Positions 26,262-34,580 of a DNA stretch of 64,000 bases are shown here, piece by piece. Source of the DNA: a virus; the IMG/VR virus record IMGVR_UViG_3300035670_000049, positions 32,001 to 96,000 of that record; one strand, 5' to 3'. A model generated the notes under the pieces. It did not search any database. It was not told the DNA's origin and saw only the letters and a list, made by a program, of their open reading frames with translations. Each line of letters opens with the position of its first letter. Positions within the stretch are counted from its first letter, which is position 1. A program made the position numbers and the translations under genes.

Positions 26262-26531
26262 CTAAAATCTAGGCCAACTAAATGAAATTGAGATTGCGCG
26301 ACCTTCTCCTAGAAAATATCCTATCGATGCAGTATGTGCTTGGACATATTCAGGCTCATATCGATAGGATACACTAAGAATACCAATCAAGAGCATACCA
26401 TCAGCAGTTATACCATCGTGCCCCCAATTTCTTCGGGATATGAATCCTCGGATACCAAACCGATCAAATGCTCGATGTTTGTACGGATATTCTGCATTGA
26501 GTTCTTCCAGTTGTTCAGTAAAATGATCCAC
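26262..26531 (-). CDS. Hypothetical protein
   Basis: RBS GAAAGGAG. Confidence 0.6.
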   Translation of the reverse strand: MDHFTEQLEELNAEYPYKHRAFDRFGIRGFISRRNWGHDGITADGMLLIGILSVSYRYEPEYVQAHTASIGYFLGEGRAISISFSWPRF

Positions 26532-26561
26532 CCTACTCCTTTCTAAAAAGAATTAGTGACG

Positions 26562-26591
26562 GATAACCGGAGCCGTCACGGAAGCATTCTC
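26562..26591 (-). terminator. Hairpin GTGACGG/CCGTCAC followed by T-rich tract
   Basis: Direct sequence. Confidence 0.45.
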
Positions 26592-26891
26592 TTAGGGTTA
26601 TTGCTTATCCCGACAAGCATTTATATAGCGACAACTTTCTTCCGCTTCTCTTGCCCCTATCCCAGCCATTTCTCATGGCAGTAGTCGATAGACTTCTTAT
26701 ATGATGGAGTTACCCTAATCCTACCAATTGGAGGATGTATAGGCATCATATAAGTTGGGACACTCACCCAACCTTCGGCAAGAGTATTGCGCTATTTATT
26801 TAGGCCATTCCTAGCCTCATTGTAGCACATATCACAGGATAAAGCAATAAATGTTTTGTGATTTGTGCTACCATGAAACTATGAGCGGTAA

Positions 26892-27137
26892 TTACTCTAC
26901 TTTGAACTTATCACCGACGCGAGTAATATTTAGATAGAAGCGTCGATCCCTAGCAGGATCAGGACCAACCACAAACACCATCTTATTCTCAGGCATTTCT
27001 GTAATTGGTCCATCATACTCATTACCAAAGAAGGAAGTTGCCTCCAAAGAAACACCTTCTGGATTAGAGGCAATTGCCTCCTTTACAGCCTTCTTTGATT
27101 TAGGACGATTCCAGTTTACCCAAATTCCTTGAGTCAC
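26892..27137 (-). CDS. Hypothetical phage protein
   Basis: RPKSKKA.KE...LEATSFFG...VVGPDP; GTG start after GAGGAG. Confidence 0.7.
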   Translation of the reverse strand: MTQGIWVNWNRPKSKKAVKEAIASNPEGVSLEATSFFGNEYDGPITEMPENKMVFVVGPDPARDRRFYLNITRVGDKFKVE

Positions 27138-27274
27138 ATCCACTCCTCTGTAAAATCTACGGGACCACCATCCCAATCGATATCTTCGTCGGGTTCCTCT
27201 TCATCAATATCTGTATCTGCAATAAATCTATCCTCATACGACATTTCTAGCCAAGAGTCATCCCATTCCATCAT
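27134..27274 (-). CDS. 46-aa hyperacidic peptide (not in ORF track)
   Basis: MMEWDDSWLEMSYEDRFIADTDIDEEEPDEDIDWDGGPVDFTEEWM; 20 D/E, 1 R; coupled at both ends. Confidence 0.65.
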   Translation of the reverse strand: MMEWDDSWLEMSYEDRFIADTDIDEEEPDEDIDWDGGPVDFTEEWM

Positions 27275-27531
27275 AGAAGTTTACTCTCCCGCTCTCTTGT
27301 AATTTCAAGATCACGAATCGCATTCCAAACAAACGCTAGAGAAGTTCTATAAGCGTCACTAAATGATGCGCGACTCCTATTCTTATCAGAAATCTTGGTA
27401 AAACCATCCTTGCTTACAAGAGTGACTGTGCAAATACCCTTATCACCATCATAAACCTTATTGATTTTATAGCCCCGACTAATGATAAGTGATTCCATTT
27501 TACCAATAGTAGGATCAGCAGCCATTTTCAA
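27271..27531 (-). CDS. Hypothetical protein
   Basis: Coupled ORF. Confidence 0.6.
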   Translation of the reverse strand: MKMAADPTIGKMESLIISRGYKINKVYDGDKGICTVTLVSKDGFTKISDKNRSRASFSDAYRTSLAFVWNAIRDLEITRERESKLL

Positions 27532-27959
27532 TGCTCCACGTTATAATTATGTGCGCCATTCTTCATGCCGCAATCATCACATTCATCAGTGATGCCCCAA
27601 TATTTCTCTGCGGCCTCCTTATCCTTTAGATGATAGTATTCAACATTCCAACGACCTTTGGGCCACTCAAACATTGTACCATCTTCAACGATTGCAAAGA
27701 ATTCCTCGGCATCTTCCTTTCTTTCAAACTCTCTTACGAGAGGATCAGGCTCATACTCATATCGATCATCCTCGTCCTCAATGATTTCATCTGCATATTC
27801 CATATCATATCTATTTTCCTGGTACCACATCAATTCTGCATCTTCGTTCCAATGGGCATATGCACTAATCGGAGGAATATTATCACCGCGACGATGGACT
27901 GACATATCGATCAAGCCTTTCTTGAATCTTCCAAGCCTCTGTGGCTGAGATATCCTCAT
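27528..27959 (-). CDS. Acidic hypothetical protein
   Basis: AYAHWNEDAELMWYQEN, acidic tract. Confidence 0.6.
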   Translation of the reverse strand: MRISQPQRLGRFKKGLIDMSVHRRGDNIPPISAYAHWNEDAELMWYQENRYDMEYADEIIEDEDDRYEYEPDPLVREFERKEDAEEFFAIVEDGTMFEWPKGRWNVEYYHLKDKEAAEKYWGITDECDDCGMKNGAHNYNVEH

Positions 27960-28407
27960 AGGCAGAATTTACTTCTTCATCTTCTCCTTCCTCATCATAA
28001 TCATAATCAGCATCAAATTCACACCGTCCGCAGGGAATATCGTATGATGTATGGAGATAGACTCCATGCTTACAATAGCAACACCCATCAATTGGGGTAT
28101 GGTTGCTATCATGGCTACTTCCATTGCAAACTCTTTCCGATCCATCGGATCGATAAAGAATTGCCTTACATGTATAGCCACCATAATGAGTACGACCATT
28201 TTCATCAACCCAAGAGTCTCTTTCATCCTTGGGTTCAAAGTCATGGAGGTTATCATAGAACCTCACATAACCAACAGGGTCCTCGTTGGGATCAGGAATA
28301 ATATCTTCCCAATACTCTTGGCTAATGTTACTCATCTCAAAATCCGTCCGCAATAATATCACCCCAAGAGGTAATATACCATGCATACTTATAAGTCTTA
28401 CCGTCAT
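27883..28407 (-). CDS. Acidic Cys-rich hypothetical protein (start probably MSNISQ)
   Basis: CCYCKHG...CGRC. Confidence 0.6.
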   Translation of the reverse strand: MTVRLISMHGILPLGVILLRTDFEMSNISQEYWEDIIPDPNEDPVGYVRFYDNLHDFEPKDERDSWVDENGRTHYGGYTCKAILYRSDGSERVCNGSSHDSNHTPIDGCCYCKHGVYLHTSYDIPCGRCEFDADYDYDEEGEDEEVNSAYEDISATEAWKIQERLDRYVSPSSR

Positions 28408-28579
28408 TCATAATTGCCCATACAATCCAACTACCATCACGCTCTGACATAACGGTAATTTGCTTTACATCAGGAAGCTCAGAATTTTCCTTTCGCTCAT
28501 CCAGAATGTAATCAAGCATTTGCTTCGTTGCATCTGCAATCAACTGATTACGCCTAATATCATCAAATTCAGCAGTCAT
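28337..28579 (-). CDS. Hypothetical protein
   Basis: Coupled ORF. Confidence 0.6.
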   Translation of the reverse strand: MTAEFDDIRRNQLIADATKQMLDYILDERKENSELPDVKQITVMSERDGSWIVWAIMNDGKTYKYAWYITSWGDIIADGF

Positions 28580-28580
28580 T

Positions 28581-28793
28581 TTACCAATCCTTCATATCAG
28601 CAAGGTGATTGCTATAAGCGATGACCGACTTCCAACCATCTGGATCGGTCTGCTTTAGATAACTTAAAATCTCCTGATACTGTGTGCTAAATTCGTACTT
28701 AGCCTCATCAGAATCAAAAGAACCAAATCTGAGAACATTTGCCATATATTTGGCAACATTCACATAATTTGGTGTAAGTACAATCGTTTCCAT
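28581..28793 (-). CDS. Hypothetical protein
   Basis: Coupled ORF. Confidence 0.6.
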   Translation of the reverse strand: METIVLTPNYVNVAKYMANVLRFGSFDSDEAKYEFSTQYQEILSYLKQTDPDGWKSVIAYSNHLADMKDW

Positions 28794-29134
28794 TATCTAA
28801 TTACTCCCTTGAAATGATCCCTAGCATCAACAACTTGATAACCATATGGGAGATTTTTGAATGTCATTGCCATTCTAAGTTTGGCGATAGGATTGGATGT
28901 ATGAATAAAGAAGAAATCAACATCAACTGTTGTATTATCTTCAAAATACATCCGCTCTAGTTCTTTTACTAAATCGTATCCTTCCCTTTCTGCGTAATCA
29001 TCAAGATCATTATCTAGCCAAACTTGATCCCAATGCCCATCTACAAGTTTTTCACAAGCAGTATCGAAATCCCTGGCATATACGGCATCAAATTTAGCGA
29101 TGCGAAGATCATCAATCACTAGTTGTCTCATCAT
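28793..29134 (-). CDS. Cyclic-phosphate-processing receiver-domain-like protein
   Basis: LVIDDLR...VWLDNDL...GYD.V...IHTSNP..K..M matches the LDD.R/LDHDLG/GYD/HSANP pattern. Confidence 0.75.
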   Translation of the reverse strand: MMRQLVIDDLRIAKFDAVYARDFDTACEKLVDGHWDQVWLDNDLDDYAEREGYDLVKELERMYFEDNTTVDVDFFFIHTSNPIAKLRMAMTFKNLPYGYQVVDARDHFKGVIR

Positions 29135-29588
29135 ACTCCACTACAATCAGATCATTGATAGAGCAGTTGCATTCAGGCTTACTTTCTGAAAAATAGAAAA
29201 TTGACCGTGCCCCGATCCATCCAATGTTTTTGGTTGACCATCGCAAATCCGTATGGTTCTTGCACGTCAATGCAATATGCTGACCATAAGGCTGATTTGG
29301 ATCAATAGTCTCAGTCCGCTGAATACGCTCTGCATTTTCCTTATTTACTTGCTGACAATCAGCACATTCGTCCTTTTCCCACCGACGAGCATTATGCATT
29401 TCGAAATGCTTGTGGCACAACAGGCCAAGTGCCCTATCCTGCGGACAATTGTAATTGCTGTGAATATCCTCGCCAGTATTTACAAACTTCTTTAGAGGCT
29501 TTTCACAGACACATTCATGATTGGTTAGCGTTGTCATTTTACTTGCTCCCAAGAAACTTGATATCCAGATCGGATTTCTTTCCGCCAT
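29112..29588 (-). CDS. Cys-rich hypothetical protein (start probably MTTLTN)
   Basis: C.NH..LRWSTKNI..IGARSIF. Confidence 0.6.
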   Translation of the reverse strand: MAERNPIWISSFLGASKMTTLTNHECVCEKPLKKFVNTGEDIHSNYNCPQDRALGLLCHKHFEMHNARRWEKDECADCQQVNKENAERIQRTETIDPNQPYGQHIALTCKNHTDLRWSTKNIGWIGARSIFYFSESKPECNCSINDLIVVEYDETTSD

Positions 29589-30123
29589 ACTGGAGATATT
29601 CGAAGATTTTCTTTGCTACCTCATTCTGGAGGCCGATCCAAACTTCACCATTCACCATATTGTATACGCGATAACCATTCCTCCGAATATTGTCGAGATA
29701 CATTGCATGGAGAGTGGAATTCTTTTCTCTGCCGTATCCCGTATACCGAATGCTAGAACTTCCCTTATTGGTTTTTGCGGCCATAAGGGAATTCTTTGTG
29801 CGACTCTTGGTTCGATCCCTTTCGATCTTGCTTTTCGTAGCCTCGGGAGTATTCAGACCCTTATAGGGCATTCCATTAGTTGGATGATTTTTGCGCCACG
29901 ACATATCTTCGGCATCTTGCACCATATCTTCACCGATGATTTCGATGCCTTTTGTGACGCTGAAAACCTCGATCTTATCTACGGCAAATCCCTCTGCCCG
30001 ATACTCTTTTGCAAAGATATTCGCCATCCGTGGAGAAAGCATTTCCTCCACGATTTTCCCATCAATAACGAGATTGTATCGACGGGTTTTGATCTGGTTC
30101 TCAGAAACGATCATATTTCCCAT
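29539..30123 (-). CDS. First gene of the leftward early array, basic hypothetical protein
   Basis: Directly downstream of a strong promoter. Confidence 0.75.
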   Translation of the reverse strand: MGNMIVSENQIKTRRYNLVIDGKIVEEMLSPRMANIFAKEYRAEGFAVDKIEVFSVTKGIEIIGEDMVQDAEDMSWRKNHPTNGMPYKGLNTPEATKSKIERDRTKSRTKNSLMAAKTNKGSSSIRYTGYGREKNSTLHAMYLDNIRRNGYRVYNMVNGEVWIGLQNEVAKKIFEYLQYGGKKSDLDIKFLGSK

Positions 30124-30181
30124 TTTTTATCTCGCTTTCTTTCTGCCTCTCTGTTTTCCGTCGCTCAATTCCACTACGATA

Positions 30182-30210
30182 ATAGTAGCACGAATCGGGC
30201 GGCTTGTCAA
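30182..30210 (-). promoter_or_regulatory. Promoter TTGACA-N17-TACTAT (extended -10)
   Basis: Direct sequence. Confidence 0.8.
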
Positions 30211-30334
30211 GGGGTAAAATAGGCTATTTTGATGCCTAGCATAAAATCGTAAAAACGCCTGGAAAAATTCCCTAGAAAATACGCGGTAAAAATCCCGGCC
30301 TTCCCGTGGACAGTATATAAAAGGACGGGCGCGC

Positions 30335-30381
30335 GTGGTACCACATTTTTTGTTCCCTGTCAAGGGCCATTTGTCACAAAG
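30335..30381 (-). promoter_or_regulatory. Promoter TTGACA-N17-TACCAC with upstream CTTTGTGAC element
   Basis: Direct sequence; element shared with 12975-12998 and 12050-12072. Confidence 0.55.
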
Positions 30382-30620
30382 TTCGTAAAATTGCTATTTT
30401 ACCCTGAAAAAGCTCGTAGGACTTTACCTAGAATAAAACCCAGAATTTCCTCCCCGAGCTTAGAAATATTTTTTACGGCTAGGAATTTTATTTTTACGCC
30501 CTGAGTAACAGGCTCCCCAATGAAATTCGATTTTAAACTGGGCCTCTAAACTACCTCAAAAATAGCGCGACTAAATTCCTGACTATTTCGATGATATAAA
30601 ACCTATTTTGAAAATAAGTG

Positions 30621-30649
30621 TTGACAAGGGGAGCGCGGGCTGCTAGGAT
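30621..30649 (+). promoter_or_regulatory. Promoter TTGACA-N17-TAGGAT
   Basis: Direct sequence. Confidence 0.7.
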
Positions 30650-30727
30650 GCTCCCAGCGGTCGATGATCCGACGCGAGGGGTCAGGGACAGGGCAGACGG
30701 AGAATTCGCTAGAAAACTCCACCGGCC

Positions 30728-30756
30728 TTGACAGGGCTCCAAAAGAGTGGTAAAAC
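30728..30756 (+). promoter_or_regulatory. Promoter TTGACA-N17-TAAAAC
   Basis: Direct sequence; start site falls just before the 5' stem arm. Confidence 0.7.
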
Positions 30757-30830
30757 ACTCTCGTACCTTAACAACCGAATATAGTCTGCGAGATTAGTTA
30801 GCCTAACCCAAAGGAAAGGAAAACACTCTG

Positions 30831-31433
30831 ATGGCTAAGGCTACAAATGGTCAGGCTGAGAATACTCGGTCTGCCACAATCACTGTTGGCGTTGAGAATG
30901 GTGCAGGAAATGCCGTTCTTGCCGCATGGCAGGGAATTTACCACCTATTCGGTGGGCGCGGAAACTTTGAGATTACACCCGATGGTGTGATTGTCAATGA
31001 TTTCAGCGTTGATGGGAAGTATGATCCTGAGCAGATTGCTAAGGATATCTCTCATCGCAATAGGCGACTTGATCTTGTTCCCACTTATCTGTGGGTACAG
31101 GGCATGGAGCCTGAGCCCTTTGCAGATGCCAAGGAAATGACCCAGTTTATGGTTCAGTATTTCCGGGGCTCTGTTGAGGAAGGTTCTTCTCGCTCTCCTA
31201 AGTACGTTAGGGATGCGGTTGCAACCTTTAAGGCAAGCCACAATCTTGCCAAAAAGCGTGGGCCTCGCAAGAAGATTTTCCGTGTGGATAATCTTAGCGA
31301 GATTGACGAGAATACTCTCGTTGGAGTTAATGCATCCGAACTCTCCAAACTCCGCGATGCAATTGAGAAGGCTCTTGCGACTGCTGCCACGAATACTAGT
31401 GGGGAGTCGCAGGAAGCCCCCGCTACAGTTTAA
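30831..31433 (+). CDS. Early protein C (200 aa, KKRGPRK motif), ORF enclosed by a 30-bp RNA stem
   Basis: RBS GAAAGGA; first gene of the rightward array. Confidence 0.85.
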   Translation: MAKATNGQAENTRSATITVGVENGAGNAVLAAWQGIYHLFGGRGNFEITPDGVIVNDFSVDGKYDPEQIAKDISHRNRRLDLVPTYLWVQGMEPEPFADAKEMTQFMVQYFRGSVEEGSSRSPKYVRDAVATFKASHNLAKKRGPRKKIFRVDNLSEIDENTLVGVNASELSKLRDAIEKALATAATNTSGESQEAPATV

Positions 31434-31505
31434 GTATCTGCTAACTAATCTCAACGATTATATTCGGTTGTTTCCAATTTCATCATACACTTTTAAGGGA
31501 ATACA

Positions 31506-31781
31506 ATGGCTGCACAGAGAATTCGTCATGCAAAATCTGTTCGTGAGGCAGAACAGATGCGTGACGAATTTATTACGCTTGGATACAAGGTAGAATCCTC
31601 TGGAGAGAATACTACCATCGTAAAGAAAACTTCTTGGGGCTCTGTTTCAGGGCATTTGCTAGTAGCCCTTTTTACCGTTTGGTGGACACTAGGGCTTGGA
31701 AATCTTGCTTATGCGCTAATTGCGCATAAGTCAGACGAGGTTCTAATCAAAACTGATGAGGAAGCGCTAACAACTTCTTAA
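31506..31781 (+). CDS. Small membrane protein
   Basis: WGSVSGHLLVALFTVWWTLGLGNLAYA. Confidence 0.7.
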   Translation: MAAQRIRHAKSVREAEQMRDEFITLGYKVESSGENTTIVKKTSWGSVSGHLLVALFTVWWTLGLGNLAYALIAHKSDEVLIKTDEEALTTS

Positions 31782-31802
31782 GTGTTGCGCCTTTTATCCT
31801 AA

Positions 31803-31852
31803 AGGGGCTAGTTAATCCAAGGGCAAGGATTGGCTAGCCCTTTTTATTTCTT
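31803..31852 (+). terminator. Rho-independent terminator
   Basis: AAGGGGCTAGTTAATCC/GGATTGGCTAGCCCTT + T-tract. Confidence 0.75.
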
Positions 31853-32051
31853 TTTAAGGACAATAATTGTGGAAGATGTAATAGAATTTACTATTCTTTC
31901 GAGAAAGGCACATAAAGCGAAGAAGGAACATATTTGTCACGCTTGTAAACAGCCTATTATGCCCGGAGAGAAGTACCTTAAAGAAGTAGCTATTATTGAT
32001 GGAGACTTTAAAGAAATTAAATCTCATAGGAGCGAACCTTATTTTGAGTAA
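31830..32051 (+). CDS. Small Zn-binding protein (true start ~31870)
   Basis: KAKKEHICHACKQPIMPGEKY. Confidence 0.6.
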   Translation: MASPFYFFLRTIIVEDVIEFTILSRKAHKAKKEHICHACKQPIMPGEKYLKEVAIIDGDFKEIKSHRSEPYFE

Positions 32052-32073
32052 GCAGTTTATCACATACCGTGTA

Positions 32074-32265
32074 ATGAAGCATTCTGATATTTTAAAATGC
32101 CCCAAAGTAATCCTTCTTCCAAGTCATTATCGAGAAGATGGCTCTTGCCTTTGTGACGTACCGACTTGTGAATGGGATTTTCCTTGTGAAAACTTAAAAT
32201 ATAAGGAGGAGATTTATTGCAAGCACCATCTAAAGGAGATGGGAGAATTTGACGATGAACTATAG
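32074..32265 (+). CDS. Small Cys/His protein
   Basis: CPKVILLPSHYREDGSCLC. Confidence 0.55.
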   Translation: MKHSDILKCPKVILLPSHYREDGSCLCDVPTCEWDFPCENLKYKEEIYCKHHLKEMGEFDDEL

Positions 32266-32518
32266 AATTAAAAAGGTTGATATTGGTAAAAATACTGAAG
32301 TAATCGGAGTTGACATGGGAACAACTCCGATTTTGTGGGCTTGGAATCGTAAATACGTAGTTATTAAACTACGCGGGCATTCCGCATGGACTGCTCGCTG
32401 GGAGACAGGCTACTTTGGAGCCTATTTCCAAGTATTAGAAATTATTGATCAAGACGAAACATATTGGAATTGCAAGGAAGTTATTGAAATTCCAGTTAGA
32501 TTGGATAATAAGTCATGA
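32249..32518 (+). CDS. Hypothetical protein
   Basis: Coupled ORF. Confidence 0.6.
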   Translation: MTMNYRIKKVDIGKNTEVIGVDMGTTPILWAWNRKYVVIKLRGHSAWTARWETGYFGAYFQVLEIIDQDETYWNCKEVIEIPVRLDNKS

Positions 32519-32784
32519 GTACAGGCGCTGACTGTAGTTTTTCAGAAACTAGTCCCGGTGTTTGGTATTATAAAATTCAACGCTGGCCTTATGGTGAATG
32601 GCCTGAATATGATAAGCATGGGCCTTTTAATTCCTTTAGCGCGGCTAGACAACATTTAGACGATAATTACGCTAATCCCGGTGGATGGTCTGTGTATCCT
32701 CATATTCCAGATCATATTCATGAATGGATTAAAGATTGGGACGGTAAAAAATTCTTTTGTGACTCTTGCGGGGAAGAGAAATGA
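32515..32784 (+). CDS. Hypothetical phage protein
   Basis: MSTGADC.F.E...G.WYY...GPF.SF..A..HL...YANPGGW. Confidence 0.7.
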   Translation: MSTGADCSFSETSPGVWYYKIQRWPYGEWPEYDKHGPFNSFSAARQHLDDNYANPGGWSVYPHIPDHIHEWIKDWDGKKFFCDSCGEEK

Positions 32785-33065
32785 GTATTTCAGAAGCCCG
32801 TAGACAGGCAAAACTACTAGAAGATTTAGCAGACGAGTATAGAGGAAATGGCTCAATAAGGGCTTTATCCCATGCGGTTAATGCTATTGTGGAGGCTCTT
32901 GCAGAGAATAAGCCTTATGATGGCACATTGAATAATATTCGTGTTCCTGTACCTATCTTGCGGCAATTAACTGTTGAGTTAGTGCAACAAGAGTTAGATG
33001 ATGTGGGATTAGAGGATTTAATTGTCTCTATTCGCGCCCGTATCAGACACAAGCCCCAAGAATAA
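32766..33065 (+). CDS. Hypothetical protein
   Basis: Coupled ORF. Confidence 0.6.
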   Translation: MRGREMSISEARRQAKLLEDLADEYRGNGSIRALSHAVNAIVEALAENKPYDGTLNNIRVPVPILRQLTVELVQQELDDVGLEDLIVSIRARIRHKPQE

Positions 33066-33073
33066 CTATGGGC

Positions 33074-33102
33074 TGGACAACAACAATTTTTTGTGCTATA
33101 CT
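33074..33102 (+). promoter_or_regulatory. Promoter TGGACA-N17-TATACT (extended -10)
   Basis: Direct sequence. Confidence 0.7.
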
Positions 33103-33141
33103 TGAAGCCGTCCGGTAGGGAAATCCAAGGAGGAATTTTAC

Positions 33142-33405
33142 ATGCTAGATGCCCGCGCAGTTATGGCTTGTGGGCATATATCAAACTTTAGGTATACAGA
33201 CAAAGATGGGAGTAAAATTCCCGTTTGTAGCGAATGTCTAAGGACTAAGCCAGAATTGGCAAAGACAGTCGTGAAATTAGCGGGCAGGGTTGCTCGTTGC
33301 AGAGTTTGCAAAAATCCTGCTCCCTCTTCTCCCGACCTCTTTGATTTTCAGTTTAATACTCGGGGATCAATTGATTCCTATTATGACGGCTGCCAAGGAT
33401 GGTAA
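33142..33405 (+). CDS. Zn-binding hypothetical protein
   Basis: MACGH...CSEC...CRVC...YYDGCQGW. Confidence 0.7.
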   Translation: MLDARAVMACGHISNFRYTDKDGSKIPVCSECLRTKPELAKTVVKLAGRVARCRVCKNPAPSSPDLFDFQFNTRGSIDSYYDGCQGW

Positions 33406-33546
33406 ATAAATATACCCGATGTAGATGTACCAAATGTGCGTGTAATATGACTATTCTTTCATGGTCAACGACAAATAAGGAGGGTCTATGTTCTTTCTGC
33501 TCTAAGGATTTACACTACAAAGGTCCACACTTTACAGGAAAGAAAG

Positions 33547-34452
33547 ATGGCATTAGCGACCGCACCCAATAAGGGTTATTTGCGCTCTACCTTCTTTGCA
33601 CGGCAAGAGCGTGAAATCGAAATCCTCGATAAACTCTATGGGTTTATGCCCATTGGAGTCGAACAAGTTTTCAGTGCAGAAAAGTTAGGACAAGCGTTTG
33701 GACTTTCTCTGCCAGTAATGTCTAGGTTTGCCTCTGATCTTGAAGAGGCGGGCATCCTTTTCCGTCGAATGGAGTATAATGCTCTAATTGATGGTGAAAG
33801 GCGTTCAGGAAGAACATTTTTCTGGACGCTAATGGTTAACAAGGCTGATGCTCATAAAAGACTGATTGCTCTGCAAGAGAAGCAGCAAAAGGATTATAAC
33901 CATCCTCCTGCTCCGCGAGGCACTTCTCTAAAAAGAAGGGTGCTGGCAGCAGTAACAACCTATGAAAAATTCGATACTATTGATGAGTTGTTTGTCAAGG
34001 TACGACGCGGCTCTGAAAATATTGATCGACATAATCTAACGCACGTTATGGAATCTCTTGCGCGAGAGGGTAAAATTTCCTTTGAGCGCAAGAGTACAAA
34101 AGAGCGAATTCCTTACAATATTCGTTCCACTAAGTACAACAAGAAAGACGTGTTCTCTAAGGAACCCGTTACAGTTGAAGAAGTTGTAGCAGACGCTCTT
34201 CCAGAATTGCCTGAAGAGTCATATATGCCCCCAACAATTAGCGAAGGTTTTCCTCTAATCTTGAAACTCCTTCAGCGCCAAGAATGGCTTGAGAAGGCGG
34301 CTAAACTTGCAGAGGAAGCCTCAGAAGAAGATATTGCTATCATGCTCCAAGAGCGTGCTAGCAAGCCTATGACGGCATTCGAAGCAGAAGCCGTAGCACT
34401 TTACAAGGCTTATATGGCTTGTAGAGAGTCTAGACCTCTAATCTTGGATTAA
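33547..34452 (+). CDS. Probable winged-helix DNA-binding protein
   Basis: FSAEKLGQAFGLSLPVMSRFASDLEEAGIL; second wHTH-like segment. Confidence 0.6.
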   Translation: MALATAPNKGYLRSTFFARQEREIEILDKLYGFMPIGVEQVFSAEKLGQAFGLSLPVMSRFASDLEEAGILFRRMEYNALIDGERRSGRTFFWTLMVNKADAHKRLIALQEKQQKDYNHPPAPRGTSLKRRVLAAVTTYEKFDTIDELFVKVRRGSENIDRHNLTHVMESLAREGKISFERKSTKERIPYNIRSTKYNKKDVFSKEPVTVEEVVADALPELPEESYMPPTISEGFPLILKLLQRQEWLEKAAKLAEEASEEDIAIMLQERASKPMTAFEAEAVALYKAYMACRESRPLILD

Positions 34453-34580
34453 AAGAATATCTCCGGTTCGGCTAGTGATATCTATTGACAGGCAGATAGA
34501 TTCTGAGAGTAATCTCTAACCCGCCGACGTAAGTATTGGCTAGGTGTGTTGGTGCCAGCAAGCCGGAATCAACCTAATGT

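Noticed and set aside
29521-30742. Long antisense/alternate ORFs (29521-30222, 30127-30363, 30551-30742, 30945-31454 and most + strand ORFs in 14.5-30 kb)
   Set aside because: They are shadows of real genes or promoter regions, with no RBS and no recognisable motifs.
34461-34570. Twister ribozyme
   Set aside because: TAACCCGCC and AAGCCGG fragments are present, but the helix order is incompatible.
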